Shown: positions 9,824-19,391 of the stretch, piece by piece
How the letters are laid out: every line of letters starts with the position of its first letter
Position numbering within the stretch: position 1 is the first letter of the stretch
Source: Desulfomonilia bacterium
GTDB lineage: Bacteria > Desulfobacterota > Desulfomonilia > UBA1062
Length of the DNA: 64,000 nt
Reading direction: 5' to 3'
NCBI GenBank assembly: GCA_036567785.1
Contig: DATCTV010000027.1
Coordinates: forward strand, 97,384-161,383
The notes under the pieces: model-generated
Seen by the model: the letters and a program-made list of their open reading frames with translations, nothing else
What the model was told of the DNA's origin: nothing
Database searches by the model: none
Translations under genes and position numbers: made by a program

Positions 9824-9907
9824 TCTGTTTTATTGACTTGCTTTTCTGTTGTGTGGCAATCTGTTTTCTGCAATTACTCAATTGAAAACGCAAAGATGGA
9901 GGGTCAA

Positions 9908-10714
9908 ATGATAGCAATAGGCTTTCTGGGTGCGGGAAACATGGCTGAGGCAATAATCGGCGGCATAATCAGGAAAAATCTCTACAGCCCTTCAGGCATT
10001 GCGGCATATGACATTAACAGCCAGCGTCTGGTGCATATGGAGTCGAGATTCGGGATGATTATCTCGGCATCTCCCAATGATCTGGCAAAGGCCTCGCGTG
10101 CGGTAGTAATAGCAATGAAACCGGCGCAGGTGCTGCCCGCGATAAAGAACATAAAAAATGAACTTGAAGGCAAGCTGATTATTACCATTGCAGCCGGCAT
10201 AACAATTGCGGCCATTCAATCCGTGCTCGGGGAGGATGCAAGGGTTGTGCGCGTGATGCCCAACACGCCTGCGCTGGTGCTGGAAGGGGCCAGTGCGATT
10301 GCAGGCTCGTCCACATGCACCCATGAGGACCTTGGAATTGCCCGTGACATATTCTCAGGGATAGGCATATGCGTAGAACTTAACGAATCCCAGATAGATG
10401 CAGTAACAGGCCTGTCAGGTTCGGGCCCGGCATACTGCTTTGCCCTGATAGAAGCGATGGCCGACGGCGGAGTAAGGGCCGGGCTTCCCAGGGATATCGC
10501 CATAAAGCTGGCCGCTGCCACACTGAAGGGCTCGGGCGCAATGGTGCTGGAGACGGGAAAGCACCCTGCCGAACTCAGGGATATGGTAACATCCCCGAGC
10601 GGCACAACAGCCGAGGGTCTCGCAATACTTGAAAACAGAGGATTTCGCGCCGCCGTGAGCGATGCGGTGTGGTTCGCCTACAAGCGCTCAATAGAACTGA
10701 GTTCAAAAGCTTAG
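9908..10714 (+). CDS. proC: Pyrroline-5-carboxylate reductase
   Basis: MIAIGFLGAGNMAEAIIGGII Rossmann N-terminus and C-terminal P5CR block GSGPAYCFALIEAMADGGV...SPSGTTAEGL. A GGAGGG ribosome-binding site lies 5 nt before the ATG at 9908. An upstream in-frame ATG exists at 9833/9896, but the ribosome-binding site favours 9908. Confidence 0.85.
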   Translation: MIAIGFLGAGNMAEAIIGGIIRKNLYSPSGIAAYDINSQRLVHMESRFGMIISASPNDLAKASRAVVIAMKPAQVLPAIKNIKNELEGKLIITIAAGITIAAIQSVLGEDARVVRVMPNTPALVLEGASAIAGSSTCTHEDLGIARDIFSGIGICVELNESQIDAVTGLSGSGPAYCFALIEAMADGGVRAGLPRDIAIKLAAATLKGSGAMVLETGKHPAELRDMVTSPSGTTAEGLAILENRGFRAAVSDAVWFAYKRSIELSSKA

Positions 10715-11827
10715 ATGAAAGATATCTCATTCAAACTCCTTGCCGAAGACGGGCGGGCGAGGAGAGGCGAATTCACGACAGAACACGGAACAGTCCAGAC
10801 ACCTGCATTCATGCCGGTAGGAACGGCGGGTTTCGTCAGGTCAACACCGGCCAGGGATGTCGCGGCGACAGGCTCGGAAGTGATCCTTGCAAACACCTAT
10901 CATCTTTCTCTAGGAGAGAGGCTCTTTTCTGTAAAGCATCTCGGCGGGCTCCATAAGTTCATGGGCTGGGACAAGACCATACTGACCGACTCCGGTGGAT
11001 TCCAGGTTTTTTCGCTGCCTGAAAGGGAAATAACCGAAGAAGGCGTTACATTCAAATATGAAGAGGACGGTGAGAAGATAACTCTTTCTCCCGAGCGCTC
11101 GATGGAAATACAGCGTGATCTTGGCGCCGATATAGTGATGGCGTTTGACGAGTGCGTGGCGTACCCTTCCGAGCATGATTATGTTAAGCGCTCTGTGGAA
11201 CGCACGACACGCTGGGCGAAAAGGTGCCGCGAGTTCAAGCTTGCCAGGCACCAGTTCCTGTTCGGTATAGTCCAAGGCGGTGTTTATGAGGATTTGCGCA
11301 AAAAGAGCGCAAAAGACATCACCTCGATTGATTTTGACGGCTATGCAATAGGTGGGGTGAGCGTGGGTGAAGGCCATGACCTTATGAAACAGGCCGTCAA
11401 GTTTGCCGCCCCTCTGCTGCCGGAGGATAAGCCCAGATACCTCATGGGCGTGGGTCTGCCCGAAGACCTTATCGCCGCCGCAGGCCTTGGCATGGATATG
11501 TTCGACTGCGTAATACCTACACGTTTTGCCAGGAACGCAACACTGTTCACACGCACCGGCAAGCTCCGTATTAAGGACAAGTCATACCGCAAAGACCGAT
11601 ACCCGGTAGACACGAAATGCGGCTGCTATACCTGCAGAACTTATCCGCGCATGGTGCTCAGATACATGTTCCACATAGGTGATCCGCTGGCTGAGACGCT
11701 TGCAACCATCCATAACCTCACATTCTACCAGGACCTCATGCGTGATATGAGAATGGCCATAGAAGAGGGCCGATTTTACCGCTTCGCTGAGACCTGGCTG
11801 GGGACGTATCTGAAGAAAAATTCATAG
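10715..11827 (+). CDS. tgt: Queuine tRNA-ribosyltransferase
   Basis: FTTEHGTVQTPAFMPVGTAGFVRS, LTDSGGFQVFSL, and a C-terminal zinc site CxCxxC...H (CGCYTCRTY). The start abuts the proC stop. Confidence 0.9.
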   Translation: MKDISFKLLAEDGRARRGEFTTEHGTVQTPAFMPVGTAGFVRSTPARDVAATGSEVILANTYHLSLGERLFSVKHLGGLHKFMGWDKTILTDSGGFQVFSLPEREITEEGVTFKYEEDGEKITLSPERSMEIQRDLGADIVMAFDECVAYPSEHDYVKRSVERTTRWAKRCREFKLARHQFLFGIVQGGVYEDLRKKSAKDITSIDFDGYAIGGVSVGEGHDLMKQAVKFAAPLLPEDKPRYLMGVGLPEDLIAAAGLGMDMFDCVIPTRFARNATLFTRTGKLRIKDKSYRKDRYPVDTKCGCYTCRTYPRMVLRYMFHIGDPLAETLATIHNLTFYQDLMRDMRMAIEEGRFYRFAETWLGTYLKKNS

Positions 11828-11876
11828 ATTATGATTTTATATTGCCATGAGATTAAGGGGTAAGTAAAATCATAAT
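11828..11876. repeat. Perfect 12-bp inverted repeat (ATTATGATTTTA ... TAAAATCATAAT) with a 25-nt spacer, lying exactly between the tgt stop and the DUF4258 start
   Basis: Read directly: 11828-11839 is the reverse complement of 11865-11876. Confidence 0.6.
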
Positions 11877-12200
11877 ATGTCAGAGTTTTTTGATAAAATA
11901 TCCAAATTGATCAATCGGGGTGAAGTTTTGATTTCAGATCATGGGTATGAGGAACTGGCAGCTGACAATATATACATTTCAGATATAATTAATGGAATAG
12001 ATGATGCTGAGATAATTGAATAGTATCCTGACTATAACAAAGGTCATTGTATACTCGTTATGCAAATGGATTCTGACAATAAACCAGTTCATGTATTATG
12101 GGGGATTCCAAAGGGAAAAAACAGACCTGCCGTCCTCGTAACAGCATATAGACCTGATTCGAAAAAATGGATGTCAGGGTTTACAAGGAGAAGAAAATGA
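11877..12200 (+). pseudogene. DUF4258-family (toxin-like) gene interrupted by an in-frame TAG at 12021-12023
   Basis: Both halves lie in one frame: [100 protein letters not shown]. The second half matches the DUF4258 consensus (IIEEYPDDxRGPSCLVLG...HVVxG...VITAYxPD). The TAG sits where a conserved Glu (GAG) is expected. Confidence 0.5.
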
Positions 12201-12412
12201 AAAAGAGCAAACAAACCAAGCTGATTCATGAAGGAGCATACATCGCTGAGGTGGATGTATTTATGCTTAGAAACGATGATGAGTGGTCTCCATATATTTC
12301 GCCTGCAGATGCCATGAAACTTGATGAAGTCAGAAAAGCTTTAAAAGAAGGCAATGTGGCAAAGGCGAGCAGAAAAGCCAGGGTATTCATGCTCACACCG
12401 GTTGCTGTATAA
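12197..12412 (+). CDS. Small hypothetical protein translationally coupled to the DUF4258 gene (possible antitoxin-like partner)
   Basis: ATG at 12197 overlaps the DUF4258 TGA (ATGA). An AGGAGA ribosome-binding site lies 6 nt upstream. The 71-aa product is K/E-rich. The listed ORF 12167 start is upstream and in-frame, but the coupled start is more plausible. Confidence 0.4.
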   Translation: MKKSKQTKLIHEGAYIAEVDVFMLRNDDEWSPYISPADAMKLDEVRKALKEGNVAKASRKARVFMLTPVAV

Positions 12413-12696
12413 TTATTACTTCGCTTGGACCTGACTTAGGATGTACCTGATAAGGTGAAGAAGTGACAATGGAAATACATGAATGAGTTCCACATGGATA
12501 AGAAAAAGTATTCCAAGGATAGAATGATAGCATTGGAATATGTTGAATCGAAATCAAAAGACTGATTCATCCCGCTCTTTAAAAACAAATTTCGAAAGAT
12601 AATCTGATTGGTATTATCAAGAAAACCTGTTGAAACAATAACTTACTTCAAGTAATGTATTACGATAATACAATGAATTTCAGGAGGTGGAAAAAA

Positions 12697-13962
12697 ATGA
12701 GCACACCTGAAGAGATCAAGCAGCAGGCCTTAAAGGATTTTGCCGAATTCATCAACCCCATGAAGGTCAGGACAATGAAAAGCGCCGGCATAGACATCAT
12801 CGAAGAAAAGCGCAGCGGCGCATGTTCGTGGGACATTACCGGAAAGCGCTACATCGACTGCCAGACGGGCTCGGGCATTATGAATGTCGGCCGGGGCAAT
12901 CAGGAAATCGCTGCGGCCCTTAAAAAAGCGCTCGATACATACGACATCGGCGTCTTTCTTTTATGCTCAAAGCAGAAGGCTGACCTGGCGAAAAGACTTG
13001 CCGAGATAACGCCTGGCGACCTGAGCTGCACCATATTCGGTGCAGGCGGCGGCGAGGCTGTCGATGCTGCCATCAAGATTGCCAGGGGTTTCACGATGAA
13101 GCCCGGCATCATCTACACGGACAAGGCCTATCACGGTCATACGGGTTTTGCACTGTCTGCAATAGGGCGGGATGCCTATAAGGAATCATTTGAACCTCTC
13201 ATGCCGGGATTCACAAAAGTCCCGTTCGGCGATGCCGATGCGATAAGAAAAGCGGTGAACAAGGAAACAGCAGCCGTCATTCTTGAAACCATCCAGGGAG
13301 AAGGCGGAATTAATATCCCGCCTGAAGGCTATCTGGCCGAGGTCAGGAAGATATGCGACGAGAATGAAGTGCTGCTTATTCTTGACGAGATACAGACCGG
13401 CTTCGGCCGTACGGGAAAAATGTTTGCATGCGAACACTGGGGTGTCGTGCCTGACTTGATGACAGTTGCAAAATCGCTTGGCGGTGGCATCTATCCCATA
13501 TCGGCAACAATCTTCAAGGAGGAGATCAACGACTTTTTCATCCCGCATCCGTTCGTCCATCTGTCCACGTTCGGCGGTTCCGATCTGGGCTGCATAGTGG
13601 GTATGGCAGCAATCGATTACATAATAAAGAACGACCTGCCGGGTAATGCGGAAAGAATGGGGCAGCGTTTCAAAGCCGGGTTCGACAGGCTCCTGAAAGA
13701 ATATCCCGACCTGCTGCTCGAGGTCAGGCAGAAAGGGCTCATGATGGGCCTGCAATATACGAATGAATCAATCGGGCCACGCATGACGAAGAAACTTTCG
13801 GACAGGGGGGTGCTTGCGATTTATACGGGAAACGATCCGAGCATATGCAGATTCATGCCGCCCCTTGTGATTACACCTGAAGAAGTTGACGAGGTGTTGA
13901 ACGCCCTTGAAGATTCCATGAAGGAACTCTCTGGTGAGAAGGGAATAGGCAAGAACGATTAG
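12697..13962 (+). CDS. Class-III PLP-dependent aminotransferase (ArgD/GabT/putrescine-AT-like)
   Basis: [21 protein letters not shown] and TFGGSDLGC blocks. A GGAGGTGG ribosome-binding site lies 7 nt upstream of the ATG at 12697. The listed ORF start at 12655 is probably an N-terminal extension. Confidence 0.85.
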   Translation: MSTPEEIKQQALKDFAEFINPMKVRTMKSAGIDIIEEKRSGACSWDITGKRYIDCQTGSGIMNVGRGNQEIAAALKKALDTYDIGVFLLCSKQKADLAKRLAEITPGDLSCTIFGAGGGEAVDAAIKIARGFTMKPGIIYTDKAYHGHTGFALSAIGRDAYKESFEPLMPGFTKVPFGDADAIRKAVNKETAAVILETIQGEGGINIPPEGYLAEVRKICDENEVLLILDEIQTGFGRTGKMFACEHWGVVPDLMTVAKSLGGGIYPISATIFKEEINDFFIPHPFVHLSTFGGSDLGCIVGMAAIDYIIKNDLPGNAERMGQRFKAGFDRLLKEYPDLLLEVRQKGLMMGLQYTNESIGPRMTKKLSDRGVLAIYTGNDPSICRFMPPLVITPEEVDEVLNALEDSMKELSGEKGIGKND

Positions 13963-14023
13963 GACATGATTTCTTCCGGGCTGCTGCCGGGTCGAAATGA
14001 CATATAAGATGGGAGGGTAAAAA

Positions 14024-14383
14024 GTGGCTACATCACAGGAAATCTTGGATGCTCTGGCTGACTATCAGGTAAACTGCAATGAAAACAAGAGGCTTCGCAG
14101 GATGCAGCGCGACTGGACCAAGCTGCTGCATTTCAATGCCGAGGACACGGGAGACTGGTTCACCATGAACGTGATAAACGGTGAGATAGTCTCATTCAGC
14201 GCAGGTGCCGAAGGTACGCCGGATATCATTGTAACTACAATCAGCGAAAACCTTTGTGACATGTTCTGGGGAGACCTGAACCCGTCACAGAAGTACCTTC
14301 AGGGGGAGATCAGGGTCAAGGCGTCACAGGAGGATGTCGTCCGGCTTGACGCAATTACGATGATAATATGGCCTGACGCCTGA
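14024..14383 (+). CDS. SCP2 (sterol carrier protein-2-like) domain protein
   Basis: C-terminal GDLNPSQKYLQGEIRVKASQEDVVRLDAI resembles the SCP2 signature (G.LNPQKAFM.GKLKI.GNM). Confidence 0.55.
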   Translation: MATSQEILDALADYQVNCNENKRLRRMQRDWTKLLHFNAEDTGDWFTMNVINGEIVSFSAGAEGTPDIIVTTISENLCDMFWGDLNPSQKYLQGEIRVKASQEDVVRLDAITMIIWPDA

Positions 14384-14605
14384 TGCGGCGTGTGATAACT
14401 GTGCATACCAGCGTTGCTCCTCGATTCGTCGTTGCGGCATACCGTAAATGTATGCCTCACTCCTCTTCATCGTCGCGCCTTGGTCTGCTTTGTTCTAACA
14501 CGCCGCAATTTATTCTGACGCTCTGTAATAAAATATTTTGATTATGCTTAATAGCTCATCAGCTTAACAGCTAAGTAGCTTGCTGATTACTCCGGGAGGT
14601 AACAA

Positions 14606-16006
14606 ATGACCACACTGAAAAAGGTTTTGAAATTAAGGACAGTGACATCGGCATCGGCGGGTATGGCACTGGCTACATCATGCTATATTGCAGGTTTCCA
14701 GGTGGCGACCATTCTGGTGGGAGAGCTTGCATGGATATCTGTGCTCATCGCAGGAGTTCTATGCCTCCTCTCTGCCATGTGCTTTGCGGAACTTACGTCC
14801 CAATATCCGACAGCTGCCGGAATAAAGCTCTTTATCCAGAGGGCATTCAATGAAAAGGCTGCCATCATCATCGGGACATTTTATGTCATTCTCGGTATCT
14901 CGATGGTCGGTGCGGAAAGTTATCTTCTTTCCAGCGTCATTGTTCATGCATTTACCGTGATCGGCCCGCTTGTAGACAAGCTTTTCTGGATGACTTTCTT
15001 CATTGTCTTTGTTGCCGCCATAAATTATCGCGGGGTAAAGCTGACTGGTTTTGTCCAGGATGTCATGACCTATGTGATGATAGGCTTCCTTGTTCTGGTA
15101 TCCATTTACTCGATTTCAAAGTTCGGTGTGGACATCAAACCCGCACTGGCAAGCCCCAAGTTCAATCTTACCAATATAATTAATGCGGCGGGTGTAGGAG
15201 TGTTTCTATTTGTCGGCTTCGAATGGGTTACGCCTCTTGCGGAGGAAACCACCGACTACAGGCTGATCGGAAAGGGCATGTTCATAGCGATAGGCCTCCT
15301 TTCAATAACATACGCCCTGTTTACGGTCGGGATGTGGATCGGGTTGACGCCGGAACAGAAACTTTCCGGAACTCCGATTCCCCATATACTTCTCGGGCAG
15401 AATCTGTTTGGAAAAGTGGGCATAGGCCTTTTCATGCTCATGAGCATTCTGGCGTCTGTTACGTCCTTTAACTCAGGGCTTCTCAATACATCTCGTTTTG
15501 CCTATGCCATGTCGCGCGATAATGTCCTGCCGTCTGCCTTCAGCAGGCTTCATCCCGATTATGCGACACCCTGGGTGTCCATACTCGGGCTGATGATATT
15601 TGCGCTTCTTGTGAGCCTTCTCATCCTTTTTACAGGGAAATATCTTTTCATCATCGTGATGGCGGCAGCACTTGAATGCTTCATATATGTGGTTATGGCG
15701 GTATGCGTGATCAAACTCAGAAGAAAAATGCCTGATAACCCGAGGGATTTCAAGGTACCGGGCGGATATGTAATTCCAGTCATGACGATTGTTGTTTTTA
15801 CGGGCCTGCTTGTGGGTATATTCATTGATAAAAGCAGGGACTATGCGGGGAATATCCTTTTCTCCAACTACTGGGTTGCTGTTGTGATGGCTGTATTCTT
15901 TGTTCTATGCGCACTTTATACCATTACTGTTGTACCTATCTTTAAGAAAAAGGCTGCGGCAAAGGCATCTGCAAGGGTCAAGAGAAGACCCGGAAAAGTT
16001 TCCTAG
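14606..16006 (+). CDS. APC-family amino acid permease
   Basis: 466 aa with about 12 TM segments. An APC-type N-terminal region and FVGFEWVTPLAEE motif are present. Confidence 0.85.
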   Translation: MTTLKKVLKLRTVTSASAGMALATSCYIAGFQVATILVGELAWISVLIAGVLCLLSAMCFAELTSQYPTAAGIKLFIQRAFNEKAAIIIGTFYVILGISMVGAESYLLSSVIVHAFTVIGPLVDKLFWMTFFIVFVAAINYRGVKLTGFVQDVMTYVMIGFLVLVSIYSISKFGVDIKPALASPKFNLTNIINAAGVGVFLFVGFEWVTPLAEETTDYRLIGKGMFIAIGLLSITYALFTVGMWIGLTPEQKLSGTPIPHILLGQNLFGKVGIGLFMLMSILASVTSFNSGLLNTSRFAYAMSRDNVLPSAFSRLHPDYATPWVSILGLMIFALLVSLLILFTGKYLFIIVMAAALECFIYVVMAVCVIKLRRKMPDNPRDFKVPGGYVIPVMTIVVFTGLLVGIFIDKSRDYAGNILFSNYWVAVVMAVFFVLCALYTITVVPIFKKKAAAKASARVKRRPGKVS

Positions 16007-16023
16007 AAATAGATTTAAAGAAA

Positions 16024-16072
16024 CTCCCTATAAATTCCGATAGTTTGTTTTGGCTGCTAAATTCATAGGGAG
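16024..16072 (+). promoter_or_regulatory. 8-bp perfect inverted repeat (CTCCCTAT ... ATAGGGAG) whose right arm carries the Shine-Dalgarno sequence of the histidine kinase gene; potential ribosome-binding-site-sequestering leader hairpin
   Basis: 16024-16031 is the reverse complement of 16065-16072. GGGAG lies within the right arm, 5 nt before the ATG at 16077. Confidence 0.4.
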
Positions 16073-16076
16073 AAGT

Positions 16077-18989
16077 ATGCACTTCAGGAAAAGGATAGCA
16101 CTTGATATTATCGCCATGCTCGGAGCGGCCTTTCTTCTATGCTGTCTGGTGTCGGGTTGCGCCGGAGAGACAAGTTCCCGGCAGCCCGCAGCAATAAATG
16201 GAGTTCTGGATCTCAGTCGGTGGGACTTTAATAGAAACGGCAATGTGAAGCTTGTCGGACAATGGGAGTTTTATTGGAAGGAATTGCTTACACCGGAAGA
16301 TTTTGACAGAGCCTCAAAGCCCGAAATGACCACATTAGCTGAACTTCCGGCTTACTGGAATGATATCAAAGTAAATGGAAAAACCCTGCCGGCAAAGGGC
16401 TATGCCACATACCGCCTGAAGATCCTTACAAACGGGAATGTGGACAAGCTTTCCTTATATATCGGTCTGATCAATGTGGCCTATAAACTCTTTGTCAACG
16501 GCCGGCTTGTTGCGGCTGAGGGAAAGGTCGGGACATCATTGAAAGATGAAATTCCGCTCAACAGACCCGGCGTATTTGACTGCAGCATTTCGGGAAAAGA
16601 GGCCGAGATCATCCTTCAGATATCCAATTTCCGTTACGTAAACGGCGGTCCGGGCGAAATAATATACTTTGGCCCGGAAAGCGGCATGGAAAGGATTTTC
16701 GGGAAAAAGATATTCTATGACTTTTTTATACTGGGGAGCCTTTTGATTATCGGGCTTTATCAGATCATATTTTTCCTGCAGCGCCGCAGAGATGCCGCAT
16801 ATCTTTATTTCGGACTGTTCTGTCTGGGTGCGGCAATCGTGCTGATCTCTTCTTATTCTCAGGTTTATTTCTTCACGCTTTTTTTCCCGGAAATCCCTAG
16901 GGACATTCTGTTTAAAGCCTTAAATGTCGGTCTGTATCTTATTCCTCCATCGCTTTTGTCTTTTTTCTGTTCGACATTCCCGGATGAGGGTTTCAAAATA
17001 ACGGAGAAGGTCGTCTGGATCATTTCCGCCGTTGCAGCGGTGATTGCAGTTCTCACTCCTACCTATATAAGTTCATATGTGCTGCAGGCAGGCATGCTTG
17101 AGATTATAGTCGTCCTTGTCCTGTGTCTGATTATCAATATATCCGCGGTTATAAGAAAACGCGATGATGCCGTCCTTATATTGACTGCATTCTTTTTGAT
17201 TTTTGTCTGTATGATTATTGATGTCATGACATCGAACAATATCATTTTTTCACGCAATATCGCTTTAACTCCATATGCCATGTTCATATTTGTCCTTGTT
17301 CTTTCGTACCAGCTTTCAATACGCCTATCCAGGGCATTTGCCGCAGAGGAAAAGATAGCGAAGGAACTGGTGAAAAGAACCGGCCAACTCCATGAAAAGA
17401 ATATCGAACTGGACAGGGATATCGAAGAAAGAAAAAGAGTTGAAAATAAATTGACCCAGACGTGGACATATCTGAACAAGGTATTCAATTCGCTCTCTTC
17501 AATACTTGTATCTGTAAATGGTGAAGGTATTGTAAGTCAATGGAACACGCCAGCGGAGAAGATTACAGGGATTTCCTCAAGCGATGCCAAAGGCAAGCCG
17601 GTCTGGAATATACTGCCTCTCCTCAGTGAACATAAGGAAGATCTTCAAAGGGTTATCAGTTCAGGAAAATCGGTTTTGCTGGAGAGGGTAAAGCTTGAAA
17701 ACGGTATTGACAGATTTTTCAATATCGCCATAACACCGCTTGAACCCGGTGAACCTGGAGATGCTGTTATCCTTGCCGATGATATCACGGAACTTGAAAA
17801 GAAAGAACAGCAGCTGCGCCACATGCAGAGGATGGAGACTCTGGGAACGCTCGCCGGAGGTATAGCGCACGATTTCAACAACGCCTTGATGGGTATCGTA
17901 AGCCCCCTTTCCCTTGTCCAGTATATACGCAGGAAAGACAAACCGATTGACCCGGCTTATCTGGACAAACAGCTTTTGATTATGGAAGAGTCGTCTAACA
18001 GGGCAATAGATATGGTGAGAAGGCTTCTGGCAATATCTCGCAAACAGGAGTTTTCCTATGTCCCTGTGGACCTCAACAGTTCAATAAAGCATGTAATAAA
18101 TATCTGCGAGAGCTCTCTCGACAAAAGAATCGAGATCATGGAAAGCGTCTACAGCGAACCTGCAATCGTATTTGCAGACAAGACACAGATGGAGCAGATG
18201 CTTCTGAATCTTTGCATAAATGCCGCTCATGCAATGACAACCATGAGGGGTCCGGAAGAACCTGCCGGAGGGAAACTGAGCGTCGAAATTGAAAAAATAT
18301 ATGCCGACTCCCGTTTTTGTGCCGCTCATCCAGAGGCCGCAATAGGTGATTACTGGATGGTGAGTGTAACCGATACGGGCGTAGGGATACCCGAAGAGCT
18401 TTTCTCAAAGATATTTGATCCTTTCTTTACCACAAAGAAGGTTCAGGAGGGAACCGGGCTTGGTCTGGCAATGGTTTATGGTATTGTAAAGGAGCACAAG
18501 GGGTTCATTACGGTATATTCGGAACCGGGTATAGGCTCCAGGTTTAATGTTTTCCTGCCTGTATATTTAGGGAAGAAAACAATGGAAACCGAAGCTGAAA
18601 TTGACGAAAGTGTATTCAAAGGGGAACTTATACTTGTTGTGGATGATGACAGGCTGTCCCTTAAATCGATATGTGAAATGCTTGATTTGATCGGATTAAG
18701 AACTATCACGGCATCTGACGGCGAGGAGGCGGTTGATTTGTTCAGAAGGCATTATAAGGATATTGCAGTTGTGATGCTTGATATGAATATGCCGCTCAGA
18801 TCCGGCAGGGAAACATACCTTGAAATGAAGAAGGTGGATAACGGCGTCAAGGTGATAATCAGCTCAGGTTATGCCAAAGACAATCGTATCGAGGCTCTGA
18901 TTGCGCTTGGAGTAAGGGCTTTTATTCCGAAACCGTACAGCATCGGCAAGCTTAAAGAGGTGCTGAACGAGATTATAGGCAATATCTGA
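16077..18989 (+). CDS. Hybrid sensor histidine kinase with 7TMR-DISM extracellular and 7TM domains, PAS, HisKA, HATPase_c and a C-terminal receiver
   Basis: N-terminal signal/TM, a periplasmic domain, then 7 TM helices (DISM 7TM). A coiled coil and PAS domain follow. The H-box is METLGTLAGGIAHDFNNALMGI and the ATPase G-box is GTGLGLAMVYGIV. The receiver has LVVDDD...MLDMNMP...K. The ATG at 16077 is preferred over the upstream TTG at 16050. Confidence 0.85.
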   Translation: MHFRKRIALDIIAMLGAAFLLCCLVSGCAGETSSRQPAAINGVLDLSRWDFNRNGNVKLVGQWEFYWKELLTPEDFDRASKPEMTTLAELPAYWNDIKVNGKTLPAKGYATYRLKILTNGNVDKLSLYIGLINVAYKLFVNGRLVAAEGKVGTSLKDEIPLNRPGVFDCSISGKEAEIILQISNFRYVNGGPGEIIYFGPESGMERIFGKKIFYDFFILGSLLIIGLYQIIFFLQRRRDAAYLYFGLFCLGAAIVLISSYSQVYFFTLFFPEIPRDILFKALNVGLYLIPPSLLSFFCSTFPDEGFKITEKVVWIISAVAAVIAVLTPTYISSYVLQAGMLEIIVVLVLCLIINISAVIRKRDDAVLILTAFFLIFVCMIIDVMTSNNIIFSRNIALTPYAMFIFVLVLSYQLSIRLSRAFAAEEKIAKELVKRTGQLHEKNIELDRDIEERKRVENKLTQTWTYLNKVFNSLSSILVSVNGEGIVSQWNTPAEKITGISSSDAKGKPVWNILPLLSEHKEDLQRVISSGKSVLLERVKLENGIDRFFNIAITPLEPGEPGDAVILADDITELEKKEQQLRHMQRMETLGTLAGGIAHDFNNALMGIVSPLSLVQYIRRKDKPIDPAYLDKQLLIMEESSNRAIDMVRRLLAISRKQEFSYVPVDLNSSIKHVINICESSLDKRIEIMESVYSEPAIVFADKTQMEQMLLNLCINAAHAMTTMRGPEEPAGGKLSVEIEKIYADSRFCAAHPEAAIGDYWMVSVTDTGVGIPEELFSKIFDPFFTTKKVQEGTGLGLAMVYGIVKEHKGFITVYSEPGIGSRFNVFLPVYLGKKTMETEAEIDESVFKGELILVVDDDRLSLKSICEMLDLIGLRTITASDGEEAVDLFRRHYKDIAVVMLDMNMPLRSGRETYLEMKKVDNGVKVIISSGYAKDNRIEALIALGVRAFIPKPYSIGKLKEVLNEIIGNI

Positions 18990-19054
18990 TACCGGCATCA
19001 ATAATTATGTTGCAGGGATTTTCCTGACGGTGGATAATTTGCACAGGTGAGCAT

Positions 19055-19378
19055 ATGCCTGATAAAAATGCCCCGATTGAATATGCCGACGAGAATACGA
19101 AGCTGCTTCCCGAGCACGGGATCAAGCTTCCCAGAATGTTCAGGGTAATCATTCACAATGATCATTACACGACAATGGAGTTTGTTGTGGAAGTCCTTGT
19201 TTCGGTCTTTCACAAACCGGCGGCGGAAGCCACAATGTTGATGATGGATGTGCATAAGAAAGGCAGAGGTGTCGCAGGTGTTTATACGCTCGATATCGCA
19301 CTTACCAAAATAATGCAGGTCCACAGCATGGCCAAAGAGCGTGGGTATCCGCTGAAATGCTCATATGAAGAAGCGTAA
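19055..19378 (+). CDS. clpS: ATP-dependent Clp protease adaptor ClpS
   Basis: MFRVIIHNDHYTTMEFVVEVLVSVFHK...AAEATMLMMDVHKKGRGVAGVYTLDIA is the ClpS signature. Confidence 0.9.
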   Translation: MPDKNAPIEYADENTKLLPEHGIKLPRMFRVIIHNDHYTTMEFVVEVLVSVFHKPAAEATMLMMDVHKKGRGVAGVYTLDIALTKIMQVHSMAKERGYPLKCSYEEA

Positions 19379-19391
19379 GAGGGTAAGAACC

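Noticed and set aside
9850-9880. Possible sigma54 -24/-12 promoter (TGGCA…TTCTGCA) upstream of proC
   Set aside because: The GG to GC spacing is 14 nt rather than the canonical 11, so it does not fit the sigma54 consensus.
13186-13755. 189-aa minus-strand ORF
   Set aside because: Antisense to the class-III aminotransferase, with no domain signal.
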